NCBI RefSeq assembly: GCF_018336915.1
Contig: NZ_CP064923.1
Span: 4,350,001-4,382,000, forward strand
Length of the DNA stretch: 32,000 bases
Direction of reading: 5' to 3'
DNA from: Acaryochloris marina S15
GTDB lineage: Bacteria > Cyanobacteriota > Cyanobacteriia > Thermosynechococcales > Thermosynechococcaceae
Shown: in pieces, positions 18,457 through 26,876 of the stretch
How positions within the stretch are numbered: position 1 is the stretch's first letter
Layout of the letters: every line of letters starts with the position of its first letter
The notes under the pieces: generated by a model
Seen by the model: the letters and a program-made list of their open reading frames with translations, nothing else
Told to the model about the DNA's origin: nothing
Databases searched by the model: none
Program-made: the position numbers and the translations under genes

Positions 18457-19287
18457 ATGCTTGCCAACCTAGCGCTTCATACAGCAGCACGTCATTACTG
18501 CCAAACGCAATCAAACTATTGGTATCAACACACGACTGAAATACGGCAAACAATACCTCGTGCTCAGAACAACTATCAGCAGATGCTTTTAGAGAGCTAT
18601 GCCCGTTCAGACATACTCACGATAATCCGCACTGAAATTGAGCGCCTCGATGCCGATCAACTGGACAATATCGAAACCACTCGCGATCTCATCCTGCAAA
18701 TCGGCAGAGTCGCTCAAAAAACCCTGCCGCATCCCAATATGGGGCAACCGCCACCCCAAACTTCTCAGGCCACGTTTGGAATTAATGTAGACGATGCGGT
18801 CTCAAACGAACGAGAAACATTCTGCACCTACATTCAAGACCTCTCAGATTCCCAACTGCAGGCTGTTCAGCCCTTACCTTATCAGCGAGTCTTGTCCCCA
18901 GATGAGTCCAAAACGAAGTGGTGTCAACTTCGCAACCGTTGGCAAATCACCGGCCCCTATTGGCATCCACTCCATCCATGCAGCTTGTCGAACATCACTG
19001 CCTTTGACACAGACGCATTTGAAGAATTTTGCCGATCTTGCAGCCTGATAGATCAGTTGTCCGCTCACGGTATTACTCGAATTTGGGAACTGCGTGACTA
19101 CGGAATTGAATACGAGCAAGACATCTCTCTATTTGACCCTGCGTACACTGGCTATGAAGGCTACTGGACATCTGACAAATTAGACTGGATTGTCTATGCT
19201 TCCCATGAAAACTCAACGACCCTTGGTGGATGGTTACTAGAGGAGGTTAAAGCTCAATGGTCAGACTGGGAACAACACACTTGGTAA
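18457..19287 (+). CDS. Hypothetical protein (276 aa from ATG; track ORF from TTG 18409)
   Basis: Long ORF with typical codon appearance. It contains WHPLHPC...FCRSC and a C-terminal DWIVYASHENSTTLGGWLLEEVKAQW block. No family recognised. Confidence 0.6.
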   Translation: MLANLALHTAARHYCQTQSNYWYQHTTEIRQTIPRAQNNYQQMLLESYARSDILTIIRTEIERLDADQLDNIETTRDLILQIGRVAQKTLPHPNMGQPPPQTSQATFGINVDDAVSNERETFCTYIQDLSDSQLQAVQPLPYQRVLSPDESKTKWCQLRNRWQITGPYWHPLHPCSLSNITAFDTDAFEEFCRSCSLIDQLSAHGITRIWELRDYGIEYEQDISLFDPAYTGYEGYWTSDKLDWIVYASHENSTTLGGWLLEEVKAQWSDWEQHTW

Positions 19288-19388
19288 CCCCAGGTGAGCA
19301 GAGACAATCCATTGGGATTCCTATTCAGTGAAGGCTTATTGCAGCTTAGGCATCCCAAAAGGGTGAACGTTCAGATGCACGATTCAGC

Positions 19389-19811
19389 ATGAAAAAATGG
19401 CACATCATCTATCACCCACAGCGGAGATTCAGCCCAATGAGTTGGTGGGTGCATAAAGCTGTACTTGAAGCTTCGCCAACGACAGAATGGAGGAACGCAG
19501 ATCAGTATGAACCCGCCTTCCCACCCTGCATCTTTGCAAAAGGATTTCCCTACTTATTAGTAACGGTTGATGGTTTTGAATTAGAGTTTGCCTCATCCCA
19601 TGAAATCAGACACTGCATTGAGATATTGCAGCAAAAACATTTACCGGCGACGAAAAACTTAATTTGCCAGAACAGTACAACCTATCAAGGGTTTAATCAC
19701 TGGTTAGCCATTTATCCTGCTTCTCTCAAGTCATGGAAACAACGCCAACGAACAGTAAAGATCCTGACAAAAACATTGGTGGAGTTGGAATCAGCAGGCA
19801 TTCGTTTTTAA
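19389..19811 (+). CDS. Hypothetical protein (140 aa)
   Basis: ORF with an ATG start on the same strand as its neighbours. Trp/His-rich, with the segment LEFASSHEIRHCIEILQQKHLP. No family recognised. Confidence 0.55.
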   Translation: MKKWHIIYHPQRRFSPMSWWVHKAVLEASPTTEWRNADQYEPAFPPCIFAKGFPYLLVTVDGFELEFASSHEIRHCIEILQQKHLPATKNLICQNSTTYQGFNHWLAIYPASLKSWKQRQRTVKILTKTLVELESAGIRF

Positions 19812-19963
19812 TTCACCCTTATCTTGCGAGCATTTTTCAAGGTTTGGCTTAACCTTGTATACCCATCAACTGAACATTGGGTGTGATGTTTATCAATACA
19901 TCAGTCAAGGTTAGATGAGATTATGCCCAAAAAGCTGGGTATAGGGTGAGAAATTTTTTCGGC

Positions 19964-20659
19964 ATGATAAAGCCATCTGTAATCTCTAAAGGCTGGTCAT
20001 CAGTATTATTAGTGTTGATGAGCACTCCTGTGCTCTGGGCCTGTGATCGAGTCCCTATTGTGAGGCGGTTCTCTAACGATCAAGCTCAAGCAACCGATCC
20101 AAAGCCAGACAAAGCCCTATATGCCTTTGAATCCATTCCAGGTACACCTTACCTAGTCGCCAATATCGCGCAAGTGACAGCAGGCAAATCCCGCATATCC
20201 TCTTCTGAATTCTATTCACGCAAGGGGGGCGGCATTGCCAATCTGGTGTTTTTGGATTCTGGTTCTTTAGAGTCTCACAGTCTGTTCGACACGAATCAAT
20301 ACACTATTTTTGAAGCCACACAGTATCCTCTCAACGAACAAGCCCCCAACCCAGAAGAGAAAAAGATCAAGAAAACGGCTCGTTTTGTTTATCAAGTGCT
20401 AAAGAAGGATACCAATGGTGACAAATTTCTAGACAGCAGAGATCACCGGACTATCGCGATTTCAGATGCGTTTGGCAAACAGTATGTTGAAGTCTTGACG
20501 GATATCAGTCAGCTTTTGAACTTACAAGCATTAACTGGCAATCGCTTGCTGGTGGTGTATGTCAAAAATGGAACGAAAATGGCGAGTCTTCTGGATCTCT
20601 CTCAAAGAAAAGTCATCCAGACCAACGCCCTGACCAAACTAGGAGATGATGTCGAGTAG
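19964..20659 (+). CDS. Putative lipoprotein with EF-hand-like loop (track ORF from GTG 19946)
   Basis: MIKPSVISKGWSSVLLVLMSTPVLWAC gives a signal peptide plus a lipobox-like LWAC (Cys codon 20042..20044). DTNGDKFLDSRD at 20408..20443 fits the 12-residue EF-hand loop spacing. Confidence 0.6.
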   Translation: MIKPSVISKGWSSVLLVLMSTPVLWACDRVPIVRRFSNDQAQATDPKPDKALYAFESIPGTPYLVANIAQVTAGKSRISSSEFYSRKGGGIANLVFLDSGSLESHSLFDTNQYTIFEATQYPLNEQAPNPEEKKIKKTARFVYQVLKKDTNGDKFLDSRDHRTIAISDAFGKQYVEVLTDISQLLNLQALTGNRLLVVYVKNGTKMASLLDLSQRKVIQTNALTKLGDDVE

Positions 20660-20720
20660 TTGAGCTGTATTCCCCAAGCTACACCTAAAAATCAAATGAC
20701 TTTACACCTAAAAATTCAAA

Positions 20721-22370
20721 TTAACGGAGATTACCCGATCGCAATATACTAACCGCCAACCACAATCCCAAAAAGCTCGCCACCGCAAACAGAGTATTGC
20801 TCAACCAGTACAACGCCGTTTGCTTCTCCGCCGAAATCATCGCCGCCCCCATAATCAGCGACCCCACCAAAATACTGAAAGACAGGCGATTGGCAGCATT
20901 ATCGACGGTAATTCGTAAACCATTCAGACCCAATAGATTTAAGTTCCACTGCAAGGATTCTGACGTGACTTGGTCCAGAAGTTGCTCTAACTGACGGGGC
21001 GATCGCAAGGAGAAATTCTTAACATCCAGGGCCGTTCTCAGCAGCGTCGGCAACGGATCTTCTCCCACCAACTGCCGTCGGAACAAATCGCTCATCAACG
21101 GCTTAATTTCATCTAAGACATTGAATTTGGGATCAAAGGTTCGTGCAGCCCCTTCCAAATTAGCCAAGGCTTTTACGTATAGCCCTACATTTCCCGGCAA
21201 TTTCAGCTTGTTCGAGCGGGCAACTTGCAGCACTTCATACAGCACCTCCCCCAGGTTAATCTCCGCCAGATTCCGGTTATAGTACTTGCGCAGCAGAGCT
21301 TCAAAATCACTTTCGAGCTGGGCCAAATTCTCCGCCCGTCGGGTTTTCGCTAACTGCAGCGTCAGCTGGCTACAACGCTGAGCATCCAGATCCACAATCG
21401 CCAACAACATTTCCGTCAAAATCTGCTGGGTGTTAGGGTCCAAGCGTCCGACCATTCCGCAGTCTAGGATCGCCGCTCGACCATCGTTGAGATAATACAA
21501 ATTGCCGGGATGGGGGTCGGCATGGAAGAAACCATCCACATAGATTTGCTGCAAAAATGCCCGAAACAACAAAGTGGTCACCTGCCGACGAGCACCATCG
21601 ATCTTGGGTTCCTGTTGGGAATAGGGCAAGTTTGCCGACAGTAAAGGTTCACCTTCTAGCCACTGCATGACCAGCACTTTCTGCGTGGTCAAGGCCAAAT
21701 TGATTTTAGGGACTACAAGCTGTTGCGGATCAAACCAGCGACTGGTGGAGAGATTTTGGCGCAGCTGCTCTGTATGACTCGCTTCCACGGTGAAATCCAG
21801 TTCATCCAAGAGGGCATTGGAAAACTCTGCCGCCAAGGATTTAAGGTCGTAATCTTTACCAATATCAGTTCGTGATGCCAGATCCGCGAGGGTATTGATC
21901 AGGGCAATATCTTGATTAACAACTCCATCAATCCCCGGTCGTTGCACTTTAATAGCCACCTGCTGACCGTTGGCTAGGATAGCCCGATGCACTTGGGCAA
22001 TGGACCCCGATGCCACCGGGGTGGAATCAATCTCTTTAAACTGGGACCGCAATTCCTGGGCAATTTGCTGCTGAATCACTGCCTTAATTTCAACCCAGGC
22101 AACGGGAGGGACCTTGCTTTGCAGCGTGGACAACGCTTCAATATAGGGCGCTGGCAAAATATCAGGGCGCGTACTCAAGAGCTGACCTAATTTGACATAG
22201 ACTGGCCCCAAATCCACCAAAATATTACGCAGCACAGCAGGCGTCGGTAACGCAGGCTGATCTGCTTTACCCCCTGTTAGTAGCTGCTGCATGAAGTCCC
22301 AGCCATTGCGGAGGACGACTTCAATGATTTCGCGTTGCCGGGAGGCCGTTTGCGTTAACCCTGAGAACAC
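20721..22370 (-). CDS. ABC1/UbiB (AarF) atypical kinase family protein with C-terminal TM helices
   Basis: GTG start. LGPVYVKLGQLLSTRPDILP, GSIAQVHRA...VAIKVQRPG and FFHADPHPGNL are the canonical ABC1 motifs. Confidence 0.9.
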   Translation of the reverse strand: MFSGLTQTASRQREIIEVVLRNGWDFMQQLLTGGKADQPALPTPAVLRNILVDLGPVYVKLGQLLSTRPDILPAPYIEALSTLQSKVPPVAWVEIKAVIQQQIAQELRSQFKEIDSTPVASGSIAQVHRAILANGQQVAIKVQRPGIDGVVNQDIALINTLADLASRTDIGKDYDLKSLAAEFSNALLDELDFTVEASHTEQLRQNLSTSRWFDPQQLVVPKINLALTTQKVLVMQWLEGEPLLSANLPYSQQEPKIDGARRQVTTLLFRAFLQQIYVDGFFHADPHPGNLYYLNDGRAAILDCGMVGRLDPNTQQILTEMLLAIVDLDAQRCSQLTLQLAKTRRAENLAQLESDFEALLRKYYNRNLAEINLGEVLYEVLQVARSNKLKLPGNVGLYVKALANLEGAARTFDPKFNVLDEIKPLMSDLFRRQLVGEDPLPTLLRTALDVKNFSLRSPRQLEQLLDQVTSESLQWNLNLLGLNGLRITVDNAANRLSFSILVGSLIMGAAMISAEKQTALYWLSNTLFAVASFLGLWLAVSILRSGNLR

Positions 22371-22502
22371 AATGCCTCCTGTGCGGTGAGTCGAATGGTT
22401 AGAAGTGATCCTAGCTCAAAACTCGGTTGGGCCGCTGGTTGCGGTGGAATCCATGTTCTTTGGCCTCGGCTCAGCAGGATAGGCCCAAGAACAACAACAT
22501 CA

Positions 22503-22533
22503 CACCTATTAATTCAAAACGATTAAATAGGTG
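22503..22533 (-). terminator. Candidate terminator hairpin after ggpS
   Basis: On the minus strand: cacctatttaat-cgttttga-attaataggtg (11 bp stem with one bulge), followed by tgatgttgttgt. The T-tract is only moderate. Confidence 0.4.
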
Positions 22534-22561
22534 CAAAGCCGCCGTTACCCGTTAGACCAGC

Positions 22562-24067
22562 CTAAGAAACTGAGGCTTGGTTCTCAGAGGGAGCCGATTG
22601 AATCGCTTTGAACTTTTGCAAAAGATGATTCGCCCAATAATCGACGTCATACTTGGTGACCGTCTCAAACATCTTGGTCATAGCAGCTTGGCTCTCTTCA
22701 TCAGACATCGCCAAAGCTTTATCTATCGACTCATCCATCCGATCAATCGAATAGGGATTAGTGAGAATGGCTTCTGGCAGTTCCACCGCCGCTCCCACAA
22801 ACTCCGACAGCACCAAGACCCCAGGCTGCTTATCTTTGGCAATAATATATTCCTTGGCCACCAAGTTGAGGCCATCTCTCAGGGGCGTTGTCCAACAAAT
22901 ATCCGCCACCCGATAGTAGCTGAGCAGCTCTTCCAAGGAAAGAGGCTGAGTATAGAGCAAAATCGGTGTCCAGCCGAGCTGGGCAAACTGACCATTAATT
23001 TTACCCACCTGCTGTTCAATTTCACTTTGGGCCTTTTTGTAGATGCGCATTCCCGTGGCTGGCGATACACAGGTCATCACAAAAGTGATCTTGCCGTGGA
23101 GATCGGGTCGGCGTTTCAGCAAGCGACCAAAGGCTTCTAGTTTTTCGCGGTTGCCTTTTACATAATCCACACGACCGGCAGCAATAATCAATTTGCGACC
23201 GCCCAGGTCTTCTTTAATTGCTGCCAGACGTTTCTGGGCAGTGGGCTGACTGAGGGTTTCCAAAATATGTTTGGGATTGGTGCCAACCGGAAAGGCATCG
23301 ATATTGACGAGCTGACCTTTATAACGCAGGTAGGTGGTCATATTGGGTTCAGCCAAAGCCGTACCCACGGGCGTAATATGCTCAGGAATCGGGCCTCGTT
23401 CCACAATCTCCACAGGCCGGAGGCTGCGGGCCACATTAACAAAGTTTTCCGAGTAGCGAGGAATATGGAAGCCAACAATATCGCAACACAGCAGGCTATC
23501 TACAATTTCTTCTCGCCAGGGCAAGATATTGAAAATATCGACAGAAGGGAAAGGAGTGTGGTGGAAAAAGGCAATCTTGGCGTTGGGTTTGAGTTGGCGA
23601 ATGTAGTGAGGCGCCATCCACAGGTTATAGTCATGAATCCAAATTAAGGCATCATCTGCCGCTTGCTCACAAGCTGCTTCTGCAAACAGACGGTTGATGG
23701 TGTGAAAGTTTTCCCAGTCCGAAGACTCATAGGTGAAGTGGTAGGGAAAGGAGTGGAGAATCGGCCAAAACGCCTCTTTAGACGTGATGTGATAGAAGTG
23801 TTTAACTTGATCGGCACTCAAAGGGATACGACAAACGTTGTAATTACCCTCGCCTTCTACCGTGACTAGGGTTTCAAAGCTATTGCGTTGCTTTGCCGTC
23901 ACCTGTTTCCAGGCAATCCAAGTCCCCTGATTCACACTGGCAAAAAAGCTTTTTAAGGTCGGCAAAATGCCATTGGGACTTTTCTTGGGCCGATAGTGAA
24001 TTTTACCGTTCTCAATCACCTCATCATAGGGTTCACGGTGGTAAAGAATCACTAGGGAAGATTTCAT
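22562..24067 (-). CDS. ggpS: Glucosylglycerol-phosphate synthase (GT20, OtsA-like)
   Basis: The N-terminus MKSSLVILYHREPYDEVIENGKIHYRPKKSPNGILPTLKSFF matches my recollection of Synechocystis GgpS (Sll1566). It is a GT20 fold of about 500 aa. An AGGAGG Shine-Dalgarno sits at 24075..24080 (minus strand), 7 nt before the ATG. Confidence 0.88.
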   Translation of the reverse strand: MKSSLVILYHREPYDEVIENGKIHYRPKKSPNGILPTLKSFFASVNQGTWIAWKQVTAKQRNSFETLVTVEGEGNYNVCRIPLSADQVKHFYHITSKEAFWPILHSFPYHFTYESSDWENFHTINRLFAEAACEQAADDALIWIHDYNLWMAPHYIRQLKPNAKIAFFHHTPFPSVDIFNILPWREEIVDSLLCCDIVGFHIPRYSENFVNVARSLRPVEIVERGPIPEHITPVGTALAEPNMTTYLRYKGQLVNIDAFPVGTNPKHILETLSQPTAQKRLAAIKEDLGGRKLIIAAGRVDYVKGNREKLEAFGRLLKRRPDLHGKITFVMTCVSPATGMRIYKKAQSEIEQQVGKINGQFAQLGWTPILLYTQPLSLEELLSYYRVADICWTTPLRDGLNLVAKEYIIAKDKQPGVLVLSEFVGAAVELPEAILTNPYSIDRMDESIDKALAMSDEESQAAMTKMFETVTKYDVDYWANHLLQKFKAIQSAPSENQASVS

Positions 24068-24282
24068 CAGATGGCCTCCTATTTGTCACGGTCATCTAGA
24101 TCAATGGGGATGTCAAAGTTCGAGCGCCCACAACATCGCTGTATCTTTTGTAATGCTGTGGGCATGGACGAGTTGAGTTTTACCCCACAGAACCCGTCTC
24201 AAAATCCTTTGCAATCAGAGATGACCCCAAGATTACCCTATGCCAACATGCCCCACTCTGCAAATTAAGCCCTGATAAATGT

Positions 24283-26859
24283 TTGCTGCTTTCTGTTAGG
24301 CTGGACAACAGCAAAAACGCCCTTCATGTCGCAAAAACTGTGGTTGATTCCGCTTTCCCTGAGCCCGTTCTAGATGACCAAGAAACGCAAGTCTTACTAG
24401 ACTGGGCCGCCAACATTGACCAATCTGACGCTACCTATTTTCAAACAGGCCAACTCCTCGCCACCCGATTAGGAGCCTATTACCGAGAAGACGGTCTCAC
24501 AGAAATCGGTTTCTGGACACCTGGGCTGGCCGCTGAAGTGATTCAGTCCGAGCGCAGTATTTATCTAGAAGTGTTTACTCCCCTAGAAGCCATTAACTTC
24601 CGGGCTGCTGAGCAAGAAGTGACTTGGCAACGCGATCGCATCCCCCTCATCCTCCAGGGTGAATATATTTGGGGCGTGATTAAAGGACTTCGCCCCGGCA
24701 CTCGCGACCAAGCAGGCAGCTTCTACTGGCTCCGCTATATCGACAATCAAGGACGCGTAAAAACCACTCGCGACCCCTTAGCCTATTCCCTCCCCTACGG
24801 GGTCTTTGCCCCCGCCGAACTCTATGACAGCGATCGGCTCCAGCGTCAGCGATCAGATTTGGACTATTTAAAGGCAACGGGGGCTCAGACAAAATCTCGC
24901 AAAGGATTCTTAGCATCTGACTTAAAAAATCCACCGCCTCGACTCCCGGCGCCGGTCTGCATCCTGCAGCTCCATGTTCATACCGCTTCTCCCGAAGGCA
25001 CCCTTGCGGGCCTGACACGCATCTACCAGCGCATCTCAGACAAACTCGCTCAAGGGGAAGATCTCACCCCTGTAGAACAGAACTATGTGGGCTACGACGC
25101 CATCGAGCTATTGCCCATGGAGCCCACCATTGAATATCGCTTAGACCAAGACAACCACCACCATGAGTTCTTTGCCCGCCCCCCTGAGCCGACCAGTCTC
25201 ACGGATGAAGATACCCAAACCATCAAAATCACCCTGCGAAAACCCAATACCCAGAATTGGGGCTACGACGTGCCCATTATTGGCTCCACAGCCACCAATC
25301 CATCCGTCCTAGAAACCCTGCGCCCCGACGAAATCATCGACTTTATTGCCACGCTCCATAATTTTTTTCAAGGGCCCATTCAAGTCATCTATGACCTGGT
25401 GTACGGCCATGCCGATAACCAGTGCGAAAAGCTCATTAGCCGCCAGTACTTGAAAGGCCCTAACATGTATGGCCAGGATTTAAACCACCAATTACCTGCA
25501 GTCCGTGCCATCCTCTTGGAAATGCAGCGTCGCAAAAACAATACCGGGGCCGATGGCATTCGAGTAGATGGGGGACAGGACTTTCGGTTTTTCAATCCCC
25601 TCACCAACTTAGTCGAACAGGACGACGGCTATCTAAGGGCTATGGGCAACATTGTCCAAGAGATAGAAGGCAACGAACGCCTGATGTTTACCATCTTTGA
25701 AGATGGCCGTCCTTGGCCCCAAGAGGGCTGGGAAGAGACCTCTCGCTATCTGGAGCTGGTTGAGCTCGAACCCCATTCCTACCAGTGGGGACCCCTAGTT
25801 TTTGCCCACAATACCCCAGCTCTCCAACACTTTTGGGATCAAAAATGGCGACGAGTCTGCGAGGTCATGTTCCAAGGCTCTAATTGGATTACCGGCTGCG
25901 CCAACCATGACACCGTTCGCCGGGGCAATCAAATCGATCCAGAAGGCCCGATTAACTGGCATTTGGGAGATACCCTCGTCGAGGTCACCAAAACCGCCTA
26001 TGACAATCCTGCCATCAAGCTGTGGGTACTGGGGTTTTGCCCAGGCTTACCTATGGAATTTCTCAATGCCAACTTCCGAGGAGCTTGGGGCTTCTTCCGG
26101 AATACGGATGAGCTATATGGCGTCAAAGTGGTTTCCGAAGAAATTGGCTTCCTTGACTGGCAGCTCACACCAGAATTATTTCAGCCTCCTGAAGTGTTTC
26201 CCCAACTCAAAGCCCTCGGGTTTACGGATCTAGAGATGCTGCGTCAGTTTTCGAAAGCGTTGCAAGCCACCATGCTGGAATCAGATTACAACTTGGAAAT
26301 GGTAGCGGAATCCTGTCGGCGTTGTTTTGCAGGAGAAACGAATGTCTGTACCAATATCAGTTTGGAATCATTGAAACATTCGGATCGTCCCGAATTTCTC
26401 AACGACTTGGATGTGCCTAAGCTGAAACAGTTTGCCCGAGCTTTTATGGAAGATGGCTATGACTTTTCCAACGTTAAACATTGGGGAGACAGCTTAAACC
26501 CTGAACAAGTGGCCTTCAATTTAGCCGCACGTCAATATCGGTTTGCTCATCCTTGGCTAGGCGAGAACTTAACCGAACGCGATCGCTTCAACCGCATCAC
26601 CGAGGAAACCTACACCCTCTTCTATGGACAGCGCAGCCAGCATGGCCCTGGCATTGAACAGTCCGAAGATATTGTCATGGTTAGCCATATGGGAGGTGAT
26701 CCCGCCACCGTTACTCTAGGGGACTGGTTACAGCTAGAACTAAGCGAATGGCGAGTCGTCTTGACCTCTCCCGGCTTAGAAATTGGTAATGATGTCGAAA
26801 GCTTAAGATCTTTTGAACTAAGGGACACTCAAGGGTTACTCCTAGAGAAGATTGTGTAA
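24283..26859 (+). CDS. gghA: GH13-like glycoside hydrolase, probable glucosylglycerol hydrolase GghA (Slr1670-like); start uncertain (TTG 24283 or GTG 24340)
   Basis: Alpha-amylase-family catalytic regions are present: GADGIRVDGGQDF (nucleophile Asp), FTIFEDGRPW (acid/base Glu) and GCANHDTVRRG (region IV). The size (about 860 aa) and the position between ggpS and glpK mirror slr1670-glpK in Synechocystis 6803. Confidence 0.65.
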   Translation: MLLSVRLDNSKNALHVAKTVVDSAFPEPVLDDQETQVLLDWAANIDQSDATYFQTGQLLATRLGAYYREDGLTEIGFWTPGLAAEVIQSERSIYLEVFTPLEAINFRAAEQEVTWQRDRIPLILQGEYIWGVIKGLRPGTRDQAGSFYWLRYIDNQGRVKTTRDPLAYSLPYGVFAPAELYDSDRLQRQRSDLDYLKATGAQTKSRKGFLASDLKNPPPRLPAPVCILQLHVHTASPEGTLAGLTRIYQRISDKLAQGEDLTPVEQNYVGYDAIELLPMEPTIEYRLDQDNHHHEFFARPPEPTSLTDEDTQTIKITLRKPNTQNWGYDVPIIGSTATNPSVLETLRPDEIIDFIATLHNFFQGPIQVIYDLVYGHADNQCEKLISRQYLKGPNMYGQDLNHQLPAVRAILLEMQRRKNNTGADGIRVDGGQDFRFFNPLTNLVEQDDGYLRAMGNIVQEIEGNERLMFTIFEDGRPWPQEGWEETSRYLELVELEPHSYQWGPLVFAHNTPALQHFWDQKWRRVCEVMFQGSNWITGCANHDTVRRGNQIDPEGPINWHLGDTLVEVTKTAYDNPAIKLWVLGFCPGLPMEFLNANFRGAWGFFRNTDELYGVKVVSEEIGFLDWQLTPELFQPPEVFPQLKALGFTDLEMLRQFSKALQATMLESDYNLEMVAESCRRCFAGETNVCTNISLESLKHSDRPEFLNDLDVPKLKQFARAFMEDGYDFSNVKHWGDSLNPEQVAFNLAARQYRFAHPWLGENLTERDRFNRITEETYTLFYGQRSQHGPGIEQSEDIVMVSHMGGDPATVTLGDWLQLELSEWRVVLTSPGLEIGNDVESLRSFELRDTQGLLLEKIV

Positions 26860-26876
26860 ACCCTTCGAGGAAGATC

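Noticed and set aside
17500-20999. HIP1-free 3.5 kb interval as evidence that the uncharacterised block is horizontally acquired
   Set aside because: Comparable HIP1-free gaps occur across core genes (for example 20999 to 24632 over ABC1/ggpS). GC content there looks ordinary by eye.
22577-23140. 187-aa ORF antisense to ggpS, plus 23267..23647 and others
   Set aside because: They lie entirely within the ggpS coding sequence on the opposite strand, with no motifs. Long antisense frames are expected in genes with biased codon usage.
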